Assembly: GCF_009914755.1 (NCBI RefSeq)
Contig: NC_060931.1
Direction: 5' to 3' (one strand)
Length of the DNA: 64,000 bases
Origin: the human T2T-CHM13v2.0 reference genome, Homo sapiens
This document shows, piece by piece, positions 40,139 through 57,800 of the stretch. A model generated the notes under the pieces. That model was not told where the DNA came from. It did no database searches and saw only the letters and a list, made by a program, of their open reading frames with translations. The translations under genes were made by a program, and so were the position numbers. Position 1 is the first letter of the stretch. Every line of letters starts with the position of its first letter.

Positions 40139-41263
40139 TGTCCTGCAGACTTGAATTAGTGAGCTTGAAGACAGGTTATTTGAAAATACACAGTCTGAGC
40201 AGACATAAATCGAAAAGAATAAAAATAATGACACATACCTATGGAATCTAGAAAATAGCCTCAAAAGGGCAAATCTAAGAGTTATTGGTGTGAAAGAGGA
40301 TATAGAGAAAAAGATAGGGGTAGAAAGAGATAATAAGAGAGAATTTCCCAACCCTGGAGAAAGATATTAATATATAAGTACAGGAAGGTAATAGAACACC
40401 AGGCAGATTTTACCCAAAGAAGACTACCTCAAGGTATTTAATAATCAAACTCCCAAAGGTCAGGAACAAAGAAAGGATTCAAAAAGCAGCAAGAGAAAAG
40501 AAACAAATAATATACAATGGAGCTCCAATACATCTGGCAGCAGACTTTTCAGTGGAAACCTTCCAAGCCAGGAGAAAGTGGAATGGCATATTTAAAGTGC
40601 TGAAGAAACATAGTTTTACATTAAGAGAAAAACATTATCCTTCAAATATGAAACAGAAATAAAGACTTTCCAAGACAAACAAAAGCTGAGGGTTTCTATG
40701 AACACCAGAACTGCTCTACAAGAAATGCTAAAGAGAATACTTCATGTAGAAAGAAAAAGGATATCAATGAGCAATAAGAAATCATCTGAAGGTACAAAAC
40801 TGACTGATAATAGTAAGTACACAGAAAAATACAGACTATTATAACATTGTAACTATGGTGTATAAGCTACTCTAATCCTAAGTAGAAAGACTAAATGATG
40901 AACCATTCAAAAACAACTACAACTTTTCAAAACATAGATAGGACAATAAGATAGAAATAGAATAAAACAAATGTTAAAAATTGGGTGAATGATGTTATAG
41001 AGATTTTTTATTAGTTTTTTGCCTGTTCTTATGATGTTAAGTTGTTATCAGCTTAAAATAATAGTTATAAGATAGACGTTGCATGACTCATGGTAACCTC
41101 AAAGCAAAAAACATAGAACAGATACACAAAAAATAAAAGGCAAGAAATGAAATCACATTACTAGAGAAAATTACCTTCACTAAAAAGAAGACGGGAAAGA
41201 AACAAACAACAAAAGAGAAGAAGATAGAACAACCAGAAAACAGATAATCAAATGGCAAGAGTA

Positions 41264-41551
41264 GTCCAGGCGTGGTGGCTCACACCTGTAATCCCAGCAC
41301 TTTGGGAGGCCAAGGTGGGCAGATCATGAGGTCAGGAGATCGAGACCATCCTGGCTAACATGGTGAAACCCTGTCTTTACTAAAATTACAAAAAATTAGC
41401 CAGGCATGGTGGCAGGTGCCTGTAGTCCCAGCTACTTGGTAGGGTGAGGCAGGAGAATGCTGGGAGGTGGAGCTTGCAGTGAGCCAAGGTCGCATCACTG
41501 CACTCCAGCCTAGGTGACAGAGCAAGACTCCATCTAAAAAAAAAAAAACAA
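41264..41551 (+). mobile_element. AluY-like
   Basis: GATCGAGACCATCCTGGCTAAC, GGAGCTTGCAG; TSD AAATGGCAAGAGTA at 41250-41263 and 41552-41565. Confidence 0.95.
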
Positions 41552-44405
41552 AAATGGCAAGAGTAATTCCTTTCTTATCAAAATAATATCAAAAGTAAAT
41601 TACCTAAACTCTCCAATGAAAAGACAAAGTGACTGAATGGATTAAGAAACAAAGCCCCAATGATCTGTTGCCTACAAGAAACACAATCAACTATAAAGAC
41701 ACATATAGACTAAAATTAAAATGATAAAAATAATATTTAATTCCAATGGAAGCTAAAACAGAGCAGAAGTACCTATATTCATATCAGACAAAATAAAGTT
41801 TAAGACATAAACTATAACAAGAGACAATATATTACCTTTATATAATGATAAAGGGGTCAGCACAAGGATATAAGAATTTAAAATATATGTGCACCCATCA
41901 CTGTAGGAGCCAGATGTGTAAAATAAATATTATTAGAGCTAAAGAGAGATAGACCCAAATACCAAAATAGCCAGAGACTTAATCACCTCACTTTCAGCAC
42001 TAGATAGATCTCCTACACAGAAAATCAACAAATTAACATCAAAACTAATCTGCGCTATAAAACAAACGGACCTTATAGATCTCTACAGAAAATTTCATCC
42101 AGTGGTTGCAGAATACACATTCTTTTTCTTAATACATGGTTTATTATCAAGGATAGACCATATGTTGGGTCACAAAACAAGTCTTAAAGCATTCAAAAAA
42201 AAATGAAATAATATCAAGCATCTTCTCCGACCACAATGGAATAAAACTAGAAATTAATTACAAGGAATTTTGGGAACTATGAAAACACATGGAAATTAAA
42301 CAATATGCTCTTGAATGACTAGTGAGTCAATGAAGAAATTAATGAGGAAATTGAAAAATCCCTTGAAACAAATGATAAGGAAATACAACATACAAAAACC
42401 TGTGGGATACAGCAAGAGCAATAGTAAGAGAGAAGTTAATGCCTACATTAAAAAAGAAAAAAAAATTCAAAAGTTAGTGACTACATCAAAAAAGAAAAAA
42501 ACTTCAAATAAACAACCTAACAATCCATCTTTAAAAAGCTAGAAAAGCAAGATGAAACCAAACCCAAAATAGTAGAAAAAAATAAATCATAAAAATCATA
42601 CCGGTAGTCAATAAAATTGAATTTTAAAAAATACAAAAGATTGATTAAACAAAAATTTGTTTTTAAAAAAAAAAAATTAAACAAAATTGATGCACCTTTA
42701 GCCAGACTAACAGAGAAAAGAAGAAAGAAGATCCAAATAAATAAAATGAGAGATGAAAAAGAAGACACTACCATGGATATGGCAGAAATTCAAAAGATCA
42801 TTAGTGGCTAGTATGAACAACTGTATGCCAATACAGTGGAAAATCTAGAAGAAATGAACAAATTTCTAGACACATACAACCTTTCAAATTTGAACCATGA
42901 AGAAATCCAAAACCTGAGCATACCAATAACAAGTAATGAGATTAAAGCTGTAATAAAAAGTCTCCTAGCAGAGAAAAGCCCAAGACCTAACAGCTTCACT
43001 GAAGAATTTTACCAAATATTTAATGAAGAATCAACATCCTACTCAAACTATTCTAAAAAATAGAGAAGGGAATACTTCCAATCTCATTCTATAAGGCCAG
43101 TATTACCCTGATACCAAAACCAGACAAAGACACATCAAAAAAAGAAAACTACAGGCCAATATCTCTGATGAATATTGATGCAAAAGTCCTCAACACAACA
43201 CCAGCAAACTTAATTGAACAATATCTGAGTAAGTTCATTCATCATGACCAAGTGGGATTTATCCCTTGGATACAATAATGTTTCCATATATGCAAATTAA
43301 TCAATGTGATACATCATATCAACAGAATGAAGCACAAAACCATACGATGATTTCAATTGATGATGAAAATCTTTTGATAAAATTCAACTTCCCTTTATGA
43401 TAAAAGCCTTCTATAAACTGGATGTACAAAGAATATGCCTCTACATAGTAAAAGCCATTTGCAAGAGACCCACAGCAAGTATAATATTAAATGGGGAAAA
43501 ACTGAAAGCCTTCCCTCTAAGACCTGGAACATGACAAGGATGCCCACTTTCACCACTGTTATTCAACATAGTACTGGAAGTCCTAGCCAGAGCAATCAGA
43601 AAAGAGAAATAAATTTTAAAAATCCAAATTGGAAAAGAAGAAGCCAAATTATTCTTGTTTGCAGATAATATGATCTTACATTTTGAAAAAACTTAGACTT
43701 CACCAATAAACTATTAAAACTAATAAATTGAGTAAAATTGCAAGATACAAAATCAATATATAAAAATGAGTAGCACTTCTACATGCTGACAGTGAACCAT
43801 CTAAAAGAGAAATTTTTGAAAATGAAATCTCTTTTACAATAGCCACAAATAAAATTAAATAACTAGGAATTAACCAAATAAGTGAAAGACCTCTATAATA
43901 AAAACAACACTGGTGAAGGAAATTGAAGAGGACACCAAGAAATGGAAAAATATTCCATGTTCATTGATTGCAAGTATCAATATTGTTAAGATGTACACAT
44001 GGCCCAAAGCAGTCTACAGATTCAATGCAATCCCTATCAAAATAGCAATGATATTCTTCACAGAAATAGGAAAAAAAAAATCCTAAAATTTATATGGAAC
44101 CACAAAAGAATCAGAATAGCCAAAGCTATCCCAGGAAAAGAGAACAAAACTAGAGGAAGCACATTACCTGACTTCAAAGTACATTACAAAGCTATAGTTA
44201 CCAAAACAGCATGGAACTGGCATAAAAACAGACACATAGATCAATGTGAATAGAGAACCCAGAAATAAATTCCACATCTACAGTAAACTCATTTTCAACA
44301 AAGGTGCCAAGAACATACACTGGGGAAAACACAGTCTTTTTCATAATGGTGGTGGGAAAACTGGGTATACATATGCAGAAGAATAAAACTAGACCAGTCT
44401 CTCAC

Positions 44406-45028
44406 TGATATGGTTTAGATTTGTATCTCCACCCAGATGCAGTGTCAAATTGGAATCCCCATTGTTGGAGGTGGGGTCTAGTGAAAGGTGATTGGATCAT
44501 GGTGGTGGAATTCTCATGAATGGTTTAGCATCATATCCCCTTGGTACTAAGAACTGGGGCATTGCTATAAATATACCTGAAAATGTGGAAGTGACATTGT
44601 AACTGGGTAATGGGCAGAGGTTGGAAGAGTGTGGAGGGTTCAGAATAAAAAAGGCACATGAAGGAAAAATTGGAACTTCCTAGAGACTTGTTGAATGTTT
44701 GTGACCAAAATGCTGATAGGGATATGGACAATGAAGTCCAGGTTGATAAGGTCTCAGATGGAGAAAAGGAGCTTATTGATAGCTAGAGCAAAGGTCGCTT
44801 TGTTTTGCTTTAGTGAAGAACCTGGAGGCAATGTGCCCCTGCCCTAGGAATCTGTGGGACTTTGAAGTTGAGAGTGATGATTTAGGGTATCTGGTTGTTT
44901 AAAAGTGTGTGGCACCTCCCCTCACCCTCTCTCTCTTACTCCCACATAGGCCATGCAAGAAGTGTCTGCTTCTGCTTCTCCTTTACCTCAGGTATTTCTT
45001 TATAGCAGTGAGGGAAGGAACTAATAGA
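44406..45028 (+). mobile_element. MST (MaLR) element: LTR 5' half, internal fragment, LTR 3' half
   Basis: TGATATGGTTT start, CTAATAGA end; TSD CTCAC at 44401-44405 and 45029-45033; MST-int ATACCTGAAAATGTGGAAG. Confidence 0.9.
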
Positions 45029-45234
45029 CTCACCATATATAAAAATCAAATCAAAATGATTTAAAGACTTAAATCTACGACCTCAAACTATGAAACTACT
45101 ATTAAATAGAATAAAACATTGGGGAAACTCTACAGGACATTGGACTGGGCAAAAATTTCTTCAATAATACTCCACAAGGACAGGCAACCAAGGCAAAAAT
45201 GGACAAACGAGATCACATAAAAAAAAAAAAATCT

Positions 45235-45533
45235 GGCTGGGCATGGTGGATCACGCTTGTAATCCCAGCACTTTCAGAGGCTGAAGCAGGTGGATCACCT
45301 GAAGTCAGAGGTTCGCGACTAGCCTGGCCAACATGGTGAAATCTCATATCTACTAAAAATAGTAAAAATTAGCCAGGCATGGTGGTGGGCACCTGTAATC
45401 TCAGCTACTCAGGAGGCTGAGGCAGGAGAATCGCTTGAACCTGGGAGGCAGAGGTTGCGGTGAACCAAGATCATGCCAATGCACTCTAGCCTGGGCAACA
45501 AGAGCAAAACTCTGTCTCAAAGAAAAAAACAAA
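45235..45533 (+). mobile_element. AluSq-like
   Basis: Full dimer with CAACAAGAGCAAAAC. Confidence 0.93.
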
Positions 45534-46510
45534 TTTTGCAAAGCAAAGGAAACAATCAAAAAAGTGAAGAAACAACCAAAAGAATGAGAGAAAATATGGG
45601 CATTACTCACAAACACCCCATCTGATAAGGGATTAATAACCAGATGTATAAGGTACTCAAATAACTCTACAGCAATAAATGTAATGATTTGATTAGAAAA
45701 TGGACAAAAGATTTGAATAGACATTTTTCAAAAGCAGACACACAAATGGCAAACAAGCTTATGAAAGGTGCTCAACATCATTGATCATCAGATAAATACA
45801 AATCAAAACTACAATGAGATATCACCTCACCCCATTTAAATGGTTTATATCCAAAAACGAGGCAATAAGATATGGAGAAAAAGGAATGCTTGTACACTGT
45901 TGGTGGGAATGTACAGTATACTCTATTGAGAACAGTACAGAGGTTCCTCGAAACACTAAAAATTGAGCTGCCAGGTGATCCAGCAATCCTACAGCTGGGT
46001 ATATACACAAATGAAAGGAAATCAATATATCCAAGTTATTTCTGCACTCCCGTGTTTGTTGCAGCACTATTCACAATAGCCAAGATTTGTAAACAACCTA
46101 AGTGTCCATCAACAGATGAATGGAGAAAGGAAATGTGGTAGTTACATGCAATGGAGTATTAGTACTATTTAGCCATAAAAGAAGGAGGTCCTATCATTTA
46201 CAACAACATGGATGGAATTGGAGGTCATTAAGTGATACAAACCAGGCACAGAAGGACAAAGTTTGCTTGTTCTCACTTATTTGTGGGTGCTAAAGTTAAA
46301 AACATTGAATTCATGGAGTTAAAAAGTAGAAGGATCATTACTACAGGTTGGTAATGGTGGTGGTAGGGGATGGCATAAAAGTAGGCATGGTTAATGGGTA
46401 CAAAAACTAGAAAGAATAAATAATGCCTACTTTTGATAGCACAACAGGGTGACAATAGTCAATAATAATTTAAGTGTACATTTTAAAATAACTAAAATAG
46501 TGTCAGTTGA

Positions 46511-46655
46511 TTTTTTTTTTAATTTAACAGAGTTTACTTGAACAAAGAATGATTCATGAATACGGCAGAGCTCAGAACCAGAAGTGGTTCAGAAAGCAGA
46601 CTGCTGAGCCATGTGAGCAATGAGATTTTGTAGCCCAAAGGAGAGAAACCACCTG
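46511..46655 (-). mobile_element. Polyadenylated ERV1 LTR (MER57-like) R-region retrocopy
   Basis: Minus strand ...ATTCATGAATCATTCTTTGTTCAAGTAAACTCTGTTAAATT-A10; diverged flanking direct repeats. Confidence 0.7.
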
Positions 46656-46823
46656 ACTGGATTTTTTGCAACACAAAGGATAAGTACTTGAGTGGATGAA
46701 TCCCCTATTTTCCATAATGTGGTTATTACACATTGCATGGCTGTATCAAAATATCATATGTGATCCATAAATATATATACCTACTATGTACCTACAAAAA
46801 TTAGAAATTAAAAATTAAATTAA

Positions 46824-49418
<2,595 letters not shown>

Positions 49419-49672
49419 ATAATAAAGTACTTTCAGATGAGTTGAATTTTATCTTTTACTGAAATTAATATGAATGAAAAACATAAAAACCTCTATTTTT
49501 TTTTTACTTGTTGAGACCCACTGACACATTTTTATCAACCTGTTGGAGGAGATGGCAATCCAAATTATTGTGTCAATATATGCTGCTTTTGGTTCAATAT
49601 AATTACTCTATTAGATCACAAAATAATGTTTCTGCTCAAGTTCTTTTTATTTATTTATTTATATTATTTTTT

Positions 49673-52556
<2,884 letters not shown>

Positions 52557-52787
52557 TTTATTATTATTTTTTTGAGACAGATTCTTGCTCTGTCACCCAG
52601 GCTGGAGTGCAGTGGCACGATCTCGGCTCATTGCAACCTCCGCCTCCCTGGTTGAAGCCCCGGGTTCAAGCAATTCACCTGCCTCAGCCTCCCGAGTAGC
52701 TGGGATTACAGGCACCCACCATCATGCCCAGCTAATTTTTCTATTTTTAGTAAAGATGGGGTTTCATCATGTTGGCTAGGCTGGTCC
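52557..52787 (-). mobile_element. 5'-truncated AluS whose A-tail appears to host the L1PA
   Basis: Outer TSD GCTCAAGTTCTT at 49634-49645 and 52788-52799. Confidence 0.9.
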
Positions 52788-53772
52788 GCTCAAGTTCTTA
52801 TCCAACCTATTCCACTTTCAGAAGCAGGTCATTATTTCCTTTCAACTGTTGGAGATCACCTGACTGCTTTTCCTTTCCTGTCATTTTCAAACAGGGGTAT
52901 TTTTTAATATCCTAACCAATCCTAGATCTGATATTTTTGTGTATCTGCTTTTCCCCCCAAGTCTTATTTGTTTGGCAGTTATTGAATGCAAGTCTGCAAA
53001 TTAGATCTCTGTCACATTATTTTTTCACAACTCTGCATGTAGACATATTTTCATGCTACAAACAATAAACCATATTTCCCCGATGATTTTGCTTAAGCAG
53101 AAGGATGAGAAAAAGTACGCAAGCATCTGGGATTCTGCCACGCCTGACAAATTTTATTATTGATTAAGATTCTCATCTTGGTTTATTGAAGAGCAATCAC
53201 TTATTTGCAGCTACATAGCAATCACTGGTGGAAACTAACAGAATTTCAGCCTCCATAATACATCTTTATTCTTTTCTCTGAGGAGGAAAAAATATTGTAA
53301 GTGAAAATTATGTCTGCTTTTAAGACCTGAGAAAATACTAAGTGGTTGAACAATAAATTTCAGAAATTCCTTCGCATAGTTGAAATTAAGGTTAATTAAG
53401 GATTTTTTAAAAACCAAACTATGAATTGTTCTATGAATTAGAAGAACCAGCATCTTTTTTCAAGTGTCTATCAATTCAAACATTGACAACTTCCCATAAC
53501 GTCGGACAAGATTAGGTGCAATCTAGAAAAGACAATGGTGATAGAATGGCAAAAAACAGGTGAATATTGACTTGCTCCTTTTTTACTGCTTTTACAGATG
53601 GCTAATTAATCTGTTAATATTTATTTATTAACTGAAAGTATCTAGAGTAACTACGTGCACTTTGCCACCAACCTGAGCCCACAAACATGCATTATTTTAT
53701 TCTTCCTTGGAGAAATTTCTCTTAGTACAGTGATTGCACCTTCAAAATAAGTAAATGAATACATCAAAAACC

Positions 53773-54346
53773 TTATCAGTTAAGATATAATCAAATTAAA
53801 ATATGTTCAAATGAAAGTGTCTTAGACAACAAGAATATTCATTTTCTCACATTGCAAGAAGCCCAAAGTTAGGCAATTCCAGAGTAGCAATTTAGTGATT
53901 TTTAACATGACTACCTCTTTTATCATCTCTCTGCTCTCCAATCCTCAGTGTATTAACAATTTCTTCTCTCATGGTTGCAGCATGTCTGTCTCAACTCTGG
54001 AAATCATATTCTCACATACCAGCCACGAAAGACGGGAAGAAAAGAGTAAAAAGAGATTGTTGCTCCTACTTCACTTTTTAGCACAAAGGAAAATATTTCT
54101 AAGTTATCCGCCAGCAGACATTTTTTTTTTAATTCTCGTTGGTGGAAATTGGGTCATACATCCATCCTGAAATCAATCACTGGCAAAGATGCATTAACCA
54201 ACCATAATGTCATAGCCCAGTTAAGGCTTACCCTTAAAGCTGGGAGAGGGGCACATCTTGGTGTGCATATTGCTGCTAACCTACAATCTCAACACATTTG
54301 AAGAAAGAATGGCTGTTGAATAAGCCACAAACCACTTCTGCCACCA
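53773..54346 (-). mobile_element. Old MaLR LTR (MLT1K/L-like)
   Basis: CCAGCAGAC...GGAAATTGGGTCATACATCCATCCTGAAATCAATCACTGGCAAAG; ends CTGCCAC. Confidence 0.7.
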
Positions 54347-54799
54347 GAGTGAAGTAGTTTTAATTAAATTTTCACCGCCAAGTATGTGTGGGAAAGGTAA
54401 AAACGCATGAATAGAAACTTGTTGGAGATAGTGTGGGACGTAAATGAAATGGAAAATTTCCAAGTACATATTATGATAATGCTGAAATCATTCTCGGAAG
54501 ATTTTTTAACTTAAATGGCCTTTCTATCAAAGGTTATCCCACATAGAAAAATAGCCTGCAACCACAAGGAAGGAGGAAATTTAAAACCATCTTTGAGAGT
54601 AGCTTTCACATTATTGACTGCCTCTAGGAAAATCGACCCTCAACACATATGCATGCATATTTCAATTCTGTTTACTCTGTCTCACCTTTTCATTTGTCAA
54701 AACTGGAAATCAGGCTACACTTTCCTTGGCCTTCCACCATTAATCTGGCCTGACCAATATTTAGAAGTTATCTTTGTATTACATCTGCCCATCTTTCAC

Positions 54800-54853
54800 T
54801 TCTTTATTGTGGTAAACTATACATAACATAAAATTAAACATTTAAACCATTTT
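54800..54853 (-). mobile_element. L1MB-type 3' terminus, continuing at 62833
   Basis: TTTATTGTGGTAAACTATACATAACATAAAATT. Confidence 0.7.
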
Positions 54854-57800
54854 ATAAAATTTTAATTTTTTGTACAAAGTACATAGTACTTAGTAGGTAC
54901 ACAGATTTATGAGGTACCTGAGAATTGGACACAGGCATATAATGTGTGATAATAACATCAGGGAGAGTGGGGTATCCATCACCTTAAGCATTTATCCTTT
55001 CTTTGGGTTACAAACAATCCAATTATATTCTTTCCATTATTTTAAATGTACAATAAATTATTGTTAACTATAGACACACTATTCGGCTATCAAATACTAG
55101 ATCTTATTCATGCTATGTATTTTTTGTATCCAATAACCATACCTACTTCATTTCCCCACCCCACTACCTTTCTCAGCCTCTAGTAACCTTCACTTTGCTA
55201 TCTTTATGAGTTCAATTGTTTTAATTTTCAGCTTCCATAGATAGGTAAGAACAGGTGAAGTTTGTCTTTCTGTGCCTGGCTTATTTTACTTAACATAGCT
55301 CCATCAATGTTGTTGCCAATGACAGGATCTCATTGTTTTTAAACAACTAAATAGTACTCCATTGTGTATATTACTACAATTTCTTTACATATTTGCCTGT
55401 TGATGGACACTCTTAACTGCTTCCAAATCTTGGCTATTGTGAATAGAGCTGCAATAAATGTACAAGTGCAAGTATCTCTTTGAAATACTGATTTCCTTTT
55501 TTTTTTTTTTTTTGAGTTTATGTTTTTTGCGTATGTCTTCTTTTGAGAAATATCCATTCAGGTCTTTTGCCCATTTTCTAATGAGATTATTAGACTTTTT
55601 TTCCTTAAAGTTGTTTGAGCACCTTTTATATTCTGGTTATTAATCCCTTGTCAGATGGGGAGTTTGCAAATATTTTCTACCATTCTGTGGGTTGTCTCTT
55701 CACTTTGTTGATTGTATCCTTTGTTGTGCAGAGGATACAATTCCCTCCTCTTCTATTTTTTGAAATAGTTTGAGTAGGATTGGTATTAGTTCTTCTTTAA
55801 ATGTTTGGTAAAATTCTGCAGCATTTTTTAACTTGATGTGATCCCATCTGTCCATCTTTCTTTGGCTGCCTGTGCTTGTGGGATATTACTTAAGATATCT
55901 TTGCCTAGTCCAATGTCCTGTAGAGTTTCTACAATGTTTTATTCCAGTTGTTTCAGAGTTTGAGGTCTTAGATTTAAGTCTTTAAATGACTTTGATTTGA
56001 TTTTTGTATATGATGAGAGAGAGGGGTCTAGTTTCATTCTTTTGTATATAGATCTCCAGTTTTCCCAGAACCATTTATTGAAAAGACTGTTCTTCCCTCA
56101 TTGTATGTTCTTGGTAAATTTGTAGAAAATGAGTTTGCTATAGATATGTGGATTTGTTTCTGAGTTCTCTCTATTCTGTTCCATTGGTCTATGTGTCTGT
56201 TTTTATGCCAGTATCATGCTGTTTTGGTCACTATAGTTGTTTAGCATAATTTGAAATCAGGTAATGCGTTTCCTTCAGTTTTGTTCTTTTTGCTCAGGAT
56301 AGTTTTGGCTATTCTGGATGTGTTGTGGTTTCTTTTTTTTTTTAGAATTGTTTTTCTATTTCTGTGAAGAAAGTGATTGGTATTGTCACATTGAATCTGT
56401 AGATTGCTTTGGGTACAATGGATATTTTCTCAATATTTATTTTTCCAATCTGAACATGAACTATTATTCCATTTTTATGTGTCCTCTTCAATTTATTTCA
56501 TCGATGTTTTACAGTTTTTATTGTAGAGATCTTTCACTCCTTCAGTTAGGTTAATTTCTTTGTATTTTATATTTATAGATTTTACAAATGGAATTCCTTT
56601 TTTATTTCATTTCCTGATTGTTCACTGTTGGTATATAGAAATGCTACTGATTTTTGTATAATTATTGATTTTATATCCTGCAATTTTACTGAACTTGTTT
56701 ATCAGTTATAATAGTTTTTGGTAAAGTTCATCAGTTTCTCATATTATGTACAAATGAGGATAATTTGACTTCTTCTTTTCCAATATAGATGTCCTTTATT
56801 TCTTTCTCTAGTCTGATTGTTCTAGCTAGAACTTACAGTACTAGGCTGAATAACAGGGATGAAAGTAGGCATCCTTGTCATATTCCAGATCTTAGGGGAA
56901 AAGCTTTCAGTTTTTCCCCATTCAGTAGTGATACTGCTGTGGGTCTTTCATATTGGCTTTTATTATGTTGAGGTATACCCAGTTTTTCAAGTTTTTGACG
57001 TGAAGGGAAGTTGAATTTTATCAAATGCTTTTACAGCATCAATTAAAATGATCATATGATTTTATGCTTCATTCTGTTGAAATGATGTATTTCACTGATT
57101 GATTTACATGTGTTGAGCCATTCTTGCATCCCAAGGATAAATGCCACTTGGTCATGATGAATGAACTTTTTAGTCTGTTGTTGAATTCAGTTTGATAGCA
57201 TATTGTTGAGGATTTTTTAATCAATGTTCATCAGAGATACTGGCATAAAACTTTGTTTTTTTTCATGGGTCTTTATCTAATTTTGGTATCAGGTTAATAC
57301 TGGCTTCATAGAATGAGTTTGGAAGTATTCCATCCTCCTTTATTTTTTAAAATAGTTTGAATAGGATTGGTATTAGTTCTTATTTAATAGTTCGGTAAAA
57401 TTTGGCAGTGAAACCATTAGGTCTCAAAGTTTTCTTTGCTGGGAGATTTTTATTATATCTTTTATCTCATTACATGTTGTCTATTTCGGTTTTACATTTC
57501 TTCAGGTTCAATCTTGGTGGGTTATATGTGTCTAGGAATTTGTCTATTTCTTCTAAATTTTTCAATTTGTTGGCATATGGTTGCCTCTGGTAGCCTGTAA
57601 TCATCTTTTGAATTTCTGTGGTTATCAATTGTAATGTATCCTTTTTCATCTCTGATTTTTTTAGTGTTTATATTTATTTATTCAATTTTTATCTTTTATT
57701 TTAGGTTCAGGGGTACATGTGAAGTTTTGTTATATAGGTAAATTGCATGACGTGGTGGTTTTGTGTACAGATTATTTCATCATCAGGTAATTAGCATGGT

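Larger units (their letters stand above)
37718..46823 (+). mobile_element. Near full-length L1MA2/3-type LINE-1, inactivated, with nested MADE1, two Alus, MST and an LTR retrocopy
   Basis: 5' AAGATGGCAGAATAGAAGGCTCCAC; ORF1 ~39.7-40.8 kb; ORF2 remnants (ORFs 42617, 42836, 45872); L1MA2/3 3'UTR; probable TSD AAAAGGTA / AAAAGATA. Confidence 0.93.
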
